The notes beneath the pieces are model-generated. The model did not search any database, was not told the DNA's origin, and saw only the letters and a program-made list of their open reading frames with translations. DNA of 61,740 nt, counting the filler, from Choristocarpus tenellus KU-1152 (lineage: Eukaryota > Protista > Phaeophyceae): NCBI GenBank assembly GCA_964200185.2. It is 11 parts of 11 records of this genome, joined end to end, with 100 filler letters (N's around TTAATTAATTAA, not from the genome) between each part and the next. Parts side by side here need not be neighbours in the genome. Positions count along the whole stretch, not along the records: positions 1 to 19,301 come from CAXNAD020000474.1; positions 19,402 to 25,594 come from CAXNAD020008712.1; 9 more parts are not named here. One strand, given 5' to 3'. Every line of letters starts with the position of its first letter. Positions within the stretch are counted from its first letter, which is position 1. Shown piece after piece: positions 15,101 to 25,169 of the stretch. The translations under genes were made by a program, and so were the position numbers.

Positions 15101-18100
15101 AACCCATAACTGCATAACCCCACCATTAAGAATCAAATTAGCTTGGAGGGTAGAGGTGCGTCCGTTTGGGGGCCAAATCCAATGCTGCGATATGGATGTA
15201 GTTTTGGCTATTGTGTTTGTTAGGAAGTGTCAATATCCTTGTTTTGGACACACCTTTCCATAATCTGTACATTTAACCTACTCCAAAACATTTCGGAGTA
15301 GATAAAATGTCATACAAAACCCGTGGTAAGCCAAGTCCCAAACGGACAAACAGGGCAAAACTCGTACCCTCCAAGATACTCTCACTCTCAACGCTCCGCC
15401 TCAAACAGATACAAGCTGGAAATAATATCTAGACTTTTGGAGTAACCACACCCTCCACGCCCTCAAACTGCTTGGCAATTGCAAGCAACCCCCCCTAGTC
15501 CAAGATCATCCTGTCCCATGCCTCCACTCTCACTCTGGGAGAAAGATTACGCCCCCATGGCAGACCCTCAGCAGGTGTAGCCCCGGAGGAACAAAGGCGA
15601 GAGGAGAGATCTCTGTCATCAAACTTTGCTTCCAGTTCAGCCTTGAAAGAGAGAACAACAGAGCAAGAGAGAGAGAGAGAGAGAGAGGATGAACCAGGAC
15701 TATATGCCATCAAGATCCTAGCATTGACTCAACGTATCTGGGGGGGGGGGGCGACTGTCCATTCAGGGTCAATTTTTCCATGTCGCGATTTTTGGGTGAT
15801 TCTGTGGCATGCGTCGGATGGATAACATAAGTGCACTTCCCGTGGTCAGGACCCAAATAGACACCATGGTGTAGAACACCCGCCCCCCCCAAGATCATTT
15901 CAGCCATTGATGTCAAGGGTACGAAGACTAGGTAACTTTGACAAGAAACATTGCAAGGTTTCATAGGGGAAGAAAGCTCCTTGATGAAATAAATCATACA
16001 AACAAAAAAAAGCTTGAGTGTAACGTCAAGCCATAAAGAGATTTCTTTGTCAAGCAACCTCCTCTACTCAGTCTACTTTTAGTGTTGACTCTGCAGATGA
16101 GGTATCTTTCTTTTTCTACTTCTAGGGAAACGTTCATTACAGGATATAATGCCACTTGTACAACATCAAATACAGTTCATCCTTCGGCAACAACTTTCAA
16201 TGCAGTAGGTGTGGGTGAGCAACAACGTTTGCCAGGAGCTCTACACCTTCATAGCATATATGGTTTCAACAGTATTTTTTTATGCAACAGACATGAGGCA
16301 TGGTTTGTCATTGACACTCGTAAATGACGTTGATTTATGCACTATGGTCGTACAGAATGCACCTGGGGTTTGTAGAGGAGCTAGCAGGCTTTGTTTCCAT
16401 AGGATCGGAGGAGTTCATGGTAAAGAATCTTGAATTCAAGAGGAGGAAGTAGGGACTATTGAATATAGTTGGAAAAGGATTTTCTCATCCTGAGGGATGG
16501 GCCCTTTTGGAGGTGTATCTACCCACCATATATTCAATCAGTTGATTCAGCAGTGCCTCCCTCTCGCTGGACAGTGCATCCTGGATGCGAGGCCGCCTTA
16601 AAAGGTTTGCAAACCTTGGTGATAGAGGATGAACATGTGAACAGATTTTTCACAGAGTGGCGAGAATAAGGAAGAGAGATAGTAGAGAAGTGGGGCGAGG
16701 ATTAGGGTGGTGGTGGTTGTGGTTGTGGCTTTGAACAAAGCTAGGTAGAGATATCTTGGGGAGAGATCACTAATGCAACTCAATAGTAGTGAAAATCCTG
16801 TATGGGCAACACAACGCAAGAAAGGTGGTCAGTTCTGGTTTGCCTTTGAGAGATAGGTAGCAAGGACAACCATACGCAGACGCTGTGGTCTCTTGCTAAG
16901 GAACTTGTGCTAGGTTGTAGGGTTTGTTCTTGGCAGGGGTTCTAGATTACCGGCATGACATCCCTCAAAATAAAGTAAATTTTGGAGATGTCCTAATGCA
17001 GATGGCTATGGAAAGTAACCAAGATCCCCTTCTCCCATCTCGTCAACTGTCCAAAAAAGATGTGCTGCGAGAGAGACACGGTGAGACAGCCACCCGGACA
17101 TTAAAAAAAATCAGGGAACTTAGATTATGTTGCACTAATGGAACGCTTAACCCTCAACATTCTCTTGCCAACAAGATCTATTTGAATTCATTCTTATCCC
17201 GCACTATACGCTCTGATCATTAATCCTGCACAACCAAGAAAAACGTCTGACTGCCCCGGAATGGACGACCTGACATGCCAAAGTTGTTGCCTCATTTTGT
17301 TGGGGGCACTACCTGCCCACAGGAAAAACTCATGGATGTAGATACTTTCCTCTAGTATGCACTAGATATAGACTCAAAGTATATCTTTCTCAGTCACAAA
17401 ATCTTCTAGGGTGTCACCAGGTGTCCCTCAATGGGAACACAGGCTCGTCTTCAATTCTGTCACTCCACGAATATTCAACCTAGGAGCAATCCCAACTTGT
17501 CAGGTGTCGTTTCAACGTTCCCATCTAACCTACTTTGCCTGTTAAAAAACGAAAGGTAGTCTATACAATAGAACCTCACCGCTGGAACTCTCTGAGGAGG
17601 AGCTGTGGACGAGCCATCATCCCACTAACGTGCCTCCGAAATTTGGCTGCAGCAGCATCCTCAAGTGGTGCAAGGGACAGCTCGAACCCACTCACAGCTG
17701 TCTTCCACTCGTCCAATGTGTAGGGGTTGTAACTGTTGAGAAACGACTTTCAATTAGCACTTGATGTAGAGGAGTTTTTGGCTAGTGGGGATACAAAGTT
17801 GAGTATGAATCATGAAAAGTTGTGTCCGGAACAAGGATATTGACACTTACTAGCAAACATGATAACCAAAATTACATCAAAATCGCAACATTGGATTTTG
17901 ACCCCCCAAACGGACGCGGCCCTACCCTCTAAGATAGGTAGGGGATTTGGCTTATCCCTAATCCTTCTCCAGAGTACACAAGAAATCGATGAGTCAGGAA
18001 AGGAGGGCGTACCTTCTGGTAGCCACATATTCTTCAGCATACAGTAGTAGTCTTGATTCAACTGAAAAGTTGTGAGTATCAAACGCTACTTGTTCATTAT

Positions 18101-19301
18101 GCCTGTCACATAAATTGCAAAACCTAACCCTAACCCCATCAAACAAAGCAGCAACAACAGTACTAGCAATGGCTAACAGAAAGAACACCACTGGAGTCAC
18201 ACGACCCCTCCCACCCCATACACACCACACCATTTTACGTATTTGAACCGTCACATACACCAAACTCACACAAGTGGGGCCACACTTTGGAATGACTTGA
18301 ATAGATCCTCTGGCGATCCACCCCATTTTCCACCCTTGCCCCCGAGTAGCCGCCCAAGTTCCTCCCTGATAGTCCGCAGCCGGAGAACTTCCTGCAGAGT
18401 CATACCATGCATTTTCAAGAGAAAAGCATTTTTAGTGAGGCACGAGGAATCTGGAGGTACCTTCAATGCATTCAGGTATGGTTATATAGCACGGCTAGAC
18501 AGGACCTGGGAAAATAAGATAGGAGAATGTGGCTGTTCCACGTAACACTTGCACTTAGATCCAGTCCAGGAGAAAGGAATCCATCCCTTTCAAAGAATGA
18601 GCTGTGGTCATAATACTTGGTATTCAATTCTTCCATTGATGTGGGCAGGGTTTGGGATGGGGATGCACATAATTACATAACAAATATATATTTTAACTAA
18701 TTCCATCAAAAAAATTCTACATGACACAGCCCTAACACAATGCAATGAGCCAAGCACATAGTCAATATTCTTAGTGAAAAACATGCATAATCAGTCAAAG
18801 TATCTACGAGGTTAGAGCCCCGGCCATTTGGGGGTCAAAATCCAATGTTGCAATTTTGATGTATTTTTGGCTATCATATTTGTTAGGAAATATCAACATC
18901 CTTGTTCCAAACACACCTTTTCATAACATATACTCCAATACATTTTATCTCCTCCGAAAATTTTTGGAGTGGATAAAATGCCATTAAAAACCCGTGGGAA
19001 GTCAAGCACCAAATGCAAAAAACATGTAAAAAGTCGTACCCTACAAGATACTTTCACCCAATAGGATGTAGCAAAGTAAAACATGTTACGTTCGGTAAAG
19101 CTCCATCCTCATTAAATTGGCACTGAAGAGAACTGAACTCCTCCCAAGGTAAAATAGGTCTGTTGTGACTAATGCACCTCCCCTTATTCCCTCAACAGTG
19201 TAGTTGAGCAAGCAAAAGGCACTGATTACCTCAATCCGGCAGGCCAATCCAACGGTTGATGTGTCTCTGTGCGGGTCACCCTCCCAGGGGTGAGGGGCAT
19301 A
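118..19301 (-). CDS. DYNC2H1: Cytoplasmic dynein-2 heavy chain (IFT dynein), internal fragment of the tail/DHC_N1 to early DHC_N2 region; 26 exons, truncated at both ends
   Basis: Hand-spliced exons in transcript order: 19230-19301, 18270-18391, 17580-17732, 16527-16614, 15534-15641, 14507-14601, 13476-13608, 12889-13011, 12675-12758, 12176-12303, 11341-11425, 10850-11020, 10482-10547, 9997-10134, 9402-9494, 8874-9023, 8605-8700, 8051-8146, 7508-7618, 6697-6858, 5913-6047, 4429-4566, 3600-3740, 2893-2982, 1524-1658, 118-227. All junction phases are compatible and the joined frame has no stop. Diagnostic dynein-2 motifs occur in the expected order: YNPYT, RLVTLLREVRQL, LKKVANFYN..SQVIPVQRPMLL, W.NP.E.E.Y..RLQ.AA..L..ENRRLRK, KALEAGYQMGLESLNENLPE, QFKPPLEELR..YYREMKKFVGIP, DWISFR, LKYCRGE, RAQGEVTIREALQEL. 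Confidence 0.95.
4155..4411. mobile_element. MITE family A, degenerate full-length copy in an intron
   Basis: Matches the 34234-34486 reference copy (TTTGTTAG.AAGTGTCAATATCCTTG..GGACACACCTTT; GGGAAGCCAAGCCCC) and has both TIR remnants. Confidence 0.75.
15130..15387. mobile_element. MITE family A, full-length copy in an intron
   Basis: Both TIRs and the central hairpin CCTACTCCAAAACATTTCGGAGTAG are present; flanks TTAA/TCAA are a near 4-bp TSD. Confidence 0.85.
15726..15904. mobile_element. MITE family B copy in an intron
   Basis: Starts GACTCAACGTATCTG-polyG and ends polyC-AAGATCATTTCAGC; internal ATGTCGCGATTTTTGGGTGATT is shared with 43017-43206; flanks CATT/CATT. Confidence 0.8.
17813..17937. 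mobile_element. MITE family A, half copy
   Basis: GTGTCCGGAACAAGGATATTGACAC...CCAAACGGACGCGGCCCTACCCTCTAAGATA matches family A. Confidence 0.8.
18792..19059. mobile_element. MITE family A, full-length copy in an intron
   Basis: AGTCAAAGTATCT...AAGATACTTTCACCC termini with family A internal sequence. Confidence 0.8.
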
Positions 19302-19401
19302 NNNNNNNNNNNNNNNNNNNNNNNNNNNNNNNNNNNNNNNNNNNNTTAATTAATTAANNNNNNNNNNNNNNNNNNNNNNNNNNNNNNNNNNNNNNNNNNN
19401 N
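19302..19401. other. Artificial contig-join spacer N44-TTAATTAATTAA-N44 (first of ten)
   Basis: Identical 100-bp spacers at 19302-19401, 25595-25694, 29073-29172, 33462-33561, 39917-40016, 45559-45658, 48738-48837, 52189-52288, 55837-55936 and 58568-58667. TTAATTAATTAA puts stops in all six frames. Confidence 0.98.
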
Positions 19402-19412
19402 GGGTTGGTTGA

Positions 19413-20222
19413 GAAGGATAGCAAGGGGGGGGTGGACAGGGCGAAGAGAGGGAAGACCCAAGAGAAGGAAATAGGGAAATCAGGATAGGAATAGAATTTA
19501 AGGAAGACTTGTATTGGTGGAGGTGGGTGGTAGAACATGGTCTGGCGGAGGAGGGAGAAAACTTGATATCCCCGTTTTGGGGTTTTGTGTCAAGGCCTCC
19601 AGGTACGACATGGTATTCAGATGCATGTTTTTCAGCAGTAGGAGGGTACAACATAGAGACGGGTAAGTGGTGGAGATATGACCTCCCAGAACACTTGAAG
19701 AAGGATATTATGCGTAGTGTGATAAAAGGAGAAGGGGTGAGTATAGCAATCAATGTCTTAGAGTTATTAGGAATGGTGATGAATGCATGGATACTGGTCA
19801 TGAAGGTAAAGGGGAAGGCAGAGAAGAAGGGAGACCCAGTGTTGCTTAGAGGGGACAATTACTCTGCAGTGCATTGGTTCCGTAAGTGTGGTGGGGCAAA
19901 GGATAGGAAGGCAGGGGGTTTGATGAGAATAATGGGGATGTTAGAGATAGCAGGGGAATGGTCATTCGCAGCGGAACACGTTGTGGGTAGGCAGAATGAC
20001 CTAGCAGATGGTATATCGAGGTGGAAGAGGGATGAGATTCAACCTAACCTCCAACGTGTTTGCCCACAAATTGATTGGCAGGAGCAGCCCCTGGGTCGGG
20101 AAAGGAAAATGGTGTGTTTGAGTGCCTTGCAGCATTGTACTCCAGAGGATCGGTTGCGTCATCTACTCAGAGGTGTTATGAGGCAGCTTGGGACCAATGG
20201 TCTGAGTTCCCCGTACATATAG
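19413..20222 (+). CDS. RT C-terminal/RNase H domain of the YR retrotransposon (5'-partial)
   Basis: IGIEFKEDLYWW..WYSDACFSAVGGY..INVLELLG..LRGDNYSAVHW..HVVGRQNDLADGISR carries the D-E-D-D RNase H motifs typical of DIRS1/Ngaro elements. Confidence 0.88.
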
Positions 20223-21192
20223 GGGATTGAGTAGGTGGTTGGACCCTGGGAGTAGAAAGATATGGGTAGTAAAGGCCCTAGCGGAGTTCATATGTTTCTG
20301 TTGTGGGAGTAGGGGGAACTAAATAAGCACAGCTAAGGGCAAGATAGCAGCAATCCAACACTACAATAAACATTTTCTCAAACTCCAGCTTCCAACACAA
20401 CATTTCAGGATCCACTCTGTACTCAAAGGAATAGGGAGGAGCCACACAAAAGTAGGAAGTGAGTCCAGGAAGAGAAGACCCCTAACATGGAGAACGATTG
20501 TAGAGACAAAGCAATGCACTGAAATGCTAGGTAGGGAAGGTAATTTGACAAGGCTAGGTTTGGGTTTCTCGTTCTTCTTTCTAGCTAGAGCTTCAGAGTT
20601 CTGGGCCTATGACGAAGGGGAGGAGTCCATTGATATTTCGCAGTAAGAAGGAGGGACGTGGTATGGAGGAAGGGTGTAGAAAGATTAAGTTAGGAAGATA
20701 GACACCAGGCAGAGTAAGCAGAGGTAACATTCACAGGGCCAAAAGGGGACCAGGGTAGAGTAGGAGCAGTGCTGACAAGATATGAAGTAGGGAAGGAAGG
20801 GGGGGAAGAAAGTATGGGAGGTTGGGAGTTGGTAATGGCTATTATGGAATGTTTCCCAGAACTCCCCCCGGACGCCCCTCTGATGACATGTAGGCAGGAA
20901 GGGGGAAGGAGAGTGATCACGAGGGGCCAAGCAACATGTGTCTTGAGGAGAATAGTAAATGAACTTAGGCTAAGACCAGACGAGTACGCCTTGCATTCGG
21001 GTAGGATAGGGGGAGCCACGAGATTGGCAAGCATGGGGATATCAGATTTAGTAATGCGCGGGAGGGAAGATGGAAGTCGAGGGCCTATATGGTATATGTA
21101 AGAGCTAACCAGAAGGACCCAGTGTTGGTGTCAAAGGGCTTGGCAGAGAGTAGGAAGGATTGGGTACAACCAGGGCAGGAGGTATGGGGATG
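20125..21192 (+). pseudogene. Tyrosine recombinase with N-terminal SAM-like core-binding domain, disrupted by frameshifts and stops
   Basis: Read across frames: SVASSTQRCYEAAWDQW..AEFICF..KIAAIQHY..VLKGI.R..RRPLT..FFFLARASE..KGDQ..YALHSGRIGGAT..GRWKS.AYM.YVR, giving the R-K-H-R-W-Y catalytic set. In-frame TAA near 20320 and several frameshifts. Confidence 0.88.
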
Positions 21193-21412
21193 AGATAGAA
21201 GAAATCAATCCCGAAGGAAAGGGGAGGTCAAGTTTCGGCGGGGTAGATGTCTTCTAGCTCAAAGGCATGGTTTGAAGTGGATCATGAAGGGGTGTTCTTG
21301 GATGATTGCGGAGTAGTGTTGATGGATGATTGTGGAGTGGTGTGTGTGGTGTGAGAACTGCTGTAGGGTTGAGGGGAGCGGTAACTTGTGTGGGTTGAAA
21401 GGGGGGGGAGAT

Positions 21413-21635
21413 GGCTGGCAATGAGTGACGAAGGGCATTAACACTGGTTGGTCATCGAATGTGAGGTATGGATGGCAACTAGTGGCGAAGGGCATTCCCA
21501 CTGGTTGGTCATCAAACGGGGGGGAAGGCTGACAATCGGTGACGTAGGGCATTCGCACGGGTTGGTCATCAAATATGGGTATGGCTGGCAATCAGTGACG
21601 AAGGCATTCACACTGGTTGGTCATCAAATGGGGGT
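21413..21635 (+). repeat. Four tandem 56-57 bp hairpin-containing units in the YR element tail
   Basis: Units start at 21413, 21470, 21527 and 21583; consensus GGCTGGCAATCAGTGRCGAAGGGCATTCNCACTGGTTGGTCATC. Confidence 0.9.
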
Positions 21636-22256
21636 AAATAGGAAACCAGGAGAGGAATGGAGAATAGAGGAATGGAAAACAAGGAATAAAGTGAGAATAA
21701 TAATCCAGAATTCGTGAGCAAAACAAAGCCTATTTTTTTGGGCATGTCGAAAAAAAGCGTTACAGAATTGAATATTTTGAATTTGGTTCATTATATATTG
21801 GCCCAAAATAGGGTATCCTACTATATATATGTATATATCTTAGTTTTGCCCACTGAATTGTCATTGGCTCGCCTACCCCACCCCATGTATCCTCCAAGAG
21901 ATCAATATTCATAAAAAAATATATATATAAGAAAAAAAAATGAACAGGCACTGATTGACTCGGAAATGTATCTTCTGTTGACGCAAGACCGATTTCTTGG
22001 AATTGAGAACGGTTTGTTGCTGGTGGATACCAAATTTCTAAAGAGTCCAAGAACCAAAACTTGAAATATACTACTAATACTTCTAGTCTAATCCTATAAT
22101 ACACATCGAACCTTAATCACCCATACAATAGCCACTATATCCCCAATTTGGGTTAACTCTATCCCTGATTGAATCTGGCTTCAATAACAAGGAACAGCAA
22201 ACTACAAAGGGGCAAAGATCTTCACGAAGACACATCCATCTATTCGATTTGTCCAT

Positions 22257-22626
22257 TGTTAAGGAATATTTAGAATCCCAATCCTTGATATAGAAACGTG
22301 TAGATTAATTCCTTTTTAGTTATGTTGTAGTAGGTAGAAAGTTGATGTGAGAAACACAATGTAGAAAGTTGATGTGAGAAACACAATGCAACAAGGGGGA
22401 GTTGTACTTGTCAGCAAATCGTTCATATTCTATGAATCAGTATTCACTAATCACAGATTGCTTCCAACAAGGCATCCTATTCCTGAACTCTTCCATATTC
22501 TCGTTCTTAAACCCAAACATATCTCTTATCCTTCAGAACACAAACATTGCCTTGTCATCCTTATTCTTGTTTTTTTTCTTCTACAGAATCTTCTTTTACA
22601 CATGAATAAAAAGCATACTCTTGATA
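22257..22626. mobile_element. Solo LTR (370 bp), inverted relative of 23130-23476
   Basis: Starts TGTTAA. 22581-22626 is the reverse complement of the first ~47 bp of the 23130 LTR. Flanks TCCAT/TCAAT (5-bp TSD, one mismatch). Confidence 0.75.
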
Positions 22627-23040
22627 TCAATATATTTTGAGAGGGACTGGAGAGTTTGCGTAGCCACACTATGATCGGACGCTATCATGATACAAGGAGT
22701 CGCAAGGAGGTGAGTGTCCTGAACCTTAACTATTAGTCAACTAGAGTGGCCTATGTCTCAATACTTCTGCTGACCTGGTGTAAATCCACTCTTGCAGATC
22801 TCACCACCGTGTGATTTGGAACACCCAACAACCACACAACGGACAAGTCCCAATCCTATCACCTACCCAGAGACAGTGATGTCGTTTGGGAGTCTACACA
22901 GTTGTCTCTACAACGTGTGTTCAAAAAGAAAGGCGAAAACCGTGCTTCATCCTGCTCCAAAGAGTTCCTTGGACGATGTGCTCCGTTCTGCTTTGCAAAT
23001 ATGTTATCTGTACTGTGCTCTGTCTTGTATTATACATACA

Positions 23041-23571
23041 GGCGCAAAGTATCTACGGGGGGAAGGGGGTCTACACCAGGGTGTCCATTCGGGTCTTGAC
23101 CAAGAGAAGTGCACTTAAATTATCCATCCTGTTAAGAATATGCTCTTTATTCATGTGTAAAAGATGATTCTGTAGGAGAAACATTGAGATGTTGAACTAT
23201 TATGATTTGGTAACGACGGGATAATTGATAGGAAAGCGGTAATCGTGAGAATATTTCTGGATTATTATAGTACAACACAGAGAATGAGTTACGTGTTGAG
23301 TGAGTGATGTATTATTTGATTATGAATAATAAGTGTTGACCACCCCCTTTGAGCTTTGAAATTCATTCTCATTCCTTACACCTTCCTTACTTCATGTACA
23401 ACCTGTTCTGCGTATAATAAGGAATTAATCGAGTCATTTACATACACAAGTCTTGGGAACACCAACGTCTTTAACACATCCGACGCATGCAACCAAATCA
23501 CCCAAAAATCGCGACATGGAAAAATACGCCCCAAATGGACAGCTACCACCCAACACCAGATACTTTGAGTC
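23041..23571. mobile_element. MITE family B copy split by a solo LTR
   Basis: GGCGCAAAGTATCT...CCAGATACTTTGAGTC; the family B sequence resumes exactly after the LTR; flanks TACA/TATA. Confidence 0.85.
23130..23476. mobile_element. Solo LTR (347 bp)
   Basis: TGTTAA...TTAACA termini and a perfect 5-bp TSD CATCC (23125-23129 and 23477-23481). Confidence 0.9.
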
Positions 23572-24244
23572 TATAAGAGAGGGTAAATTGCCTTGTCACG
23601 ACGTTTTTCAGGCTATAAGAGAGGTTTCAGCGTTTTCCTCCCAATTCTCTCTTATTTCGAGCAAACTTGCATTTTTTTGCACTACTTGAATGAGGGGTTT
23701 CATAAAAAGTCATATCTAAAGTTAAGCAAAATATAACAAAGTAAGGCAGAAACTGTTCGTACATAGTGCTGCTGATACACTATAGACACCACCGGTGGAT
23801 TAGGTAATAGGATGGAGAGCCAGTGACATACATCATATGCACTGACTCATTGTGTCCATTGATTTCTGTGTCATGTTCAAGATACACTTGCTATATATAA
23901 GACAAGTAAAAAAGTGATTCATAGTAAATAGTGTGGACGATTGCAAACCTCACAATATAGGAATGGTAATTATAGTCTAGGCATGTCTGACCCCCACCAA
24001 TTCAGGCAACGGAGTGAGACCAGAAGCCCCTTGTAACATAAGTATTGTATATCTATATCAAGCTATTAAGTGTCCTCTATCAAGGCACACTGCCACGGGT
24101 ACAGTGAGGGATATTTCAACTCAAACCTGGTCAACACCAGTAGTACACAATATAGCAATCTTTTGTCTCTCAGTACTGCACAGTACAGTACATACAGTAT
24201 ATGAGGTCAAAGGTTTACGACCGCATTTTACGGATACAACGATT

Positions 24245-24753
24245 CCCTACACATCGGGATCCAGCTGCAACATGCAGGGTAATACTCCTGGTCCACCACA
24301 CTATACATGCCGTAAGTGTCGCGTTGGAGCGGCTATCTTCATGGCATTTGCAGCTTCGCAGATCCTTTTGGTGCTAGCGAAATGAAACGCATGTGCAAAT
24401 TGTGCATTAGCCCCACCAAGCGCAAGGCTTCGAGTCCTCCAGCCAGTGACAACACGACATCGATGCGCCATGATAACAAGAACAAGGGGAAGGGGAAGGT
24501 ACTGCCAAATATTTCTACGGAGAAAGTCGCGTCCTACAAGCCCCGCAATGCCAACAATCGTAAATGCTTGAGCTTTCCATAGAAGGTAGAAGCATTGAAA
24601 CTCCAGAAGATCACGACGGGAACTGCGGTTGCTCAAAAGTTTGGAATCGGTCACAGCACCCTCTACAAGTTGAAGGAGGCAAGAACCATCATGGAGAAAG
24701 CAAAGAAGCCAAAGCCTGATGCCAAGTCTACGAGGGGCGCCAAACATATCAAG
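24245..24753 (+). pseudogene. pogo/Tigger-like transposase N-terminal relic (Cys/His zinc finger plus CENP-B/psq-type HTH)
   Basis: RKCLSFP*KVEALKL...GTAVAQKFGIGHSTLYKLK resembles the CENP-B N-terminal HTH. Upstream frameshifted C..PGPPHYTCRKC/GYLHGIC..DP..RMCKLC. In-frame TAG at 24580. Confidence 0.65.
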
Positions 24754-24968
24754 GTGCATCAGCGTGTGGGTTGAAATTCTGAAAGTAGGTTGATTGTAAT
24801 TGTGATTAAATATCTTTATGCACTGATGAGGATCATGATTGAATTTTTTGAAAGTTTGCGCTCGTTTCTGTCGTACCTTAATGTCTGTACTGTGTACTGT
24901 AGTATCACAGGTGGCCATTTCTTTTTGTAGAGGTAACGTCCCACACAATGTGTCCCTACATATTAATG

Positions 24969-25169
24969 GAGTGAAAGTATCTTTGAGGGTACGAGATTTG
25001 CCTGTTTATCCATTTGGGGCTTGGCTTCCCGTGGGTTTTTTTATGACATCTTCCTACTCCGAAATGTTTTAGAGTAGGTAAAATGTATACGCTGTGAAAA
25101 GGTGTGTCCGGAACAAGGATATTGACACTTCCTAACAATCACGATATCTAAAGTTACATCAAATTGAAA
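24969..25169. mobile_element. MITE family A, interrupted by the end of a YR element
   Basis: Starts GAGTGAAAGTATCTTTGAGGGTACG; the family A sequence stops where the YR terminus begins at 25170. Confidence 0.85.

Larger units (their letters stand above)
19402..21728 (+). mobile_element. Tyrosine-recombinase retrotransposon (DIRS/Ngaro-type), 3' part: RNase H, YR, non-coding tail
   Basis: A DIRS-type RNase H ORF is followed by an overlapping YR frame. The non-coding tail (21227-21728) recurs at 25170-25594 (minus) and 29500-30141. Confidence 0.9.

Noticed and set aside
19346-19357. TTAATTAATTAA as a biological motif
   Set aside because: It is always centred in identical N runs, so it is an assembly linker.
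21413-21635. CRISPR-like array
   Set aside because: Whole units are homologous with no unique spacers; the context is a eukaryotic TE with no cas genes.
24301-24948. 215-aa minus-strand ORF
   Set aside because: Antisense to the pogo-like relic; no motif of its own.
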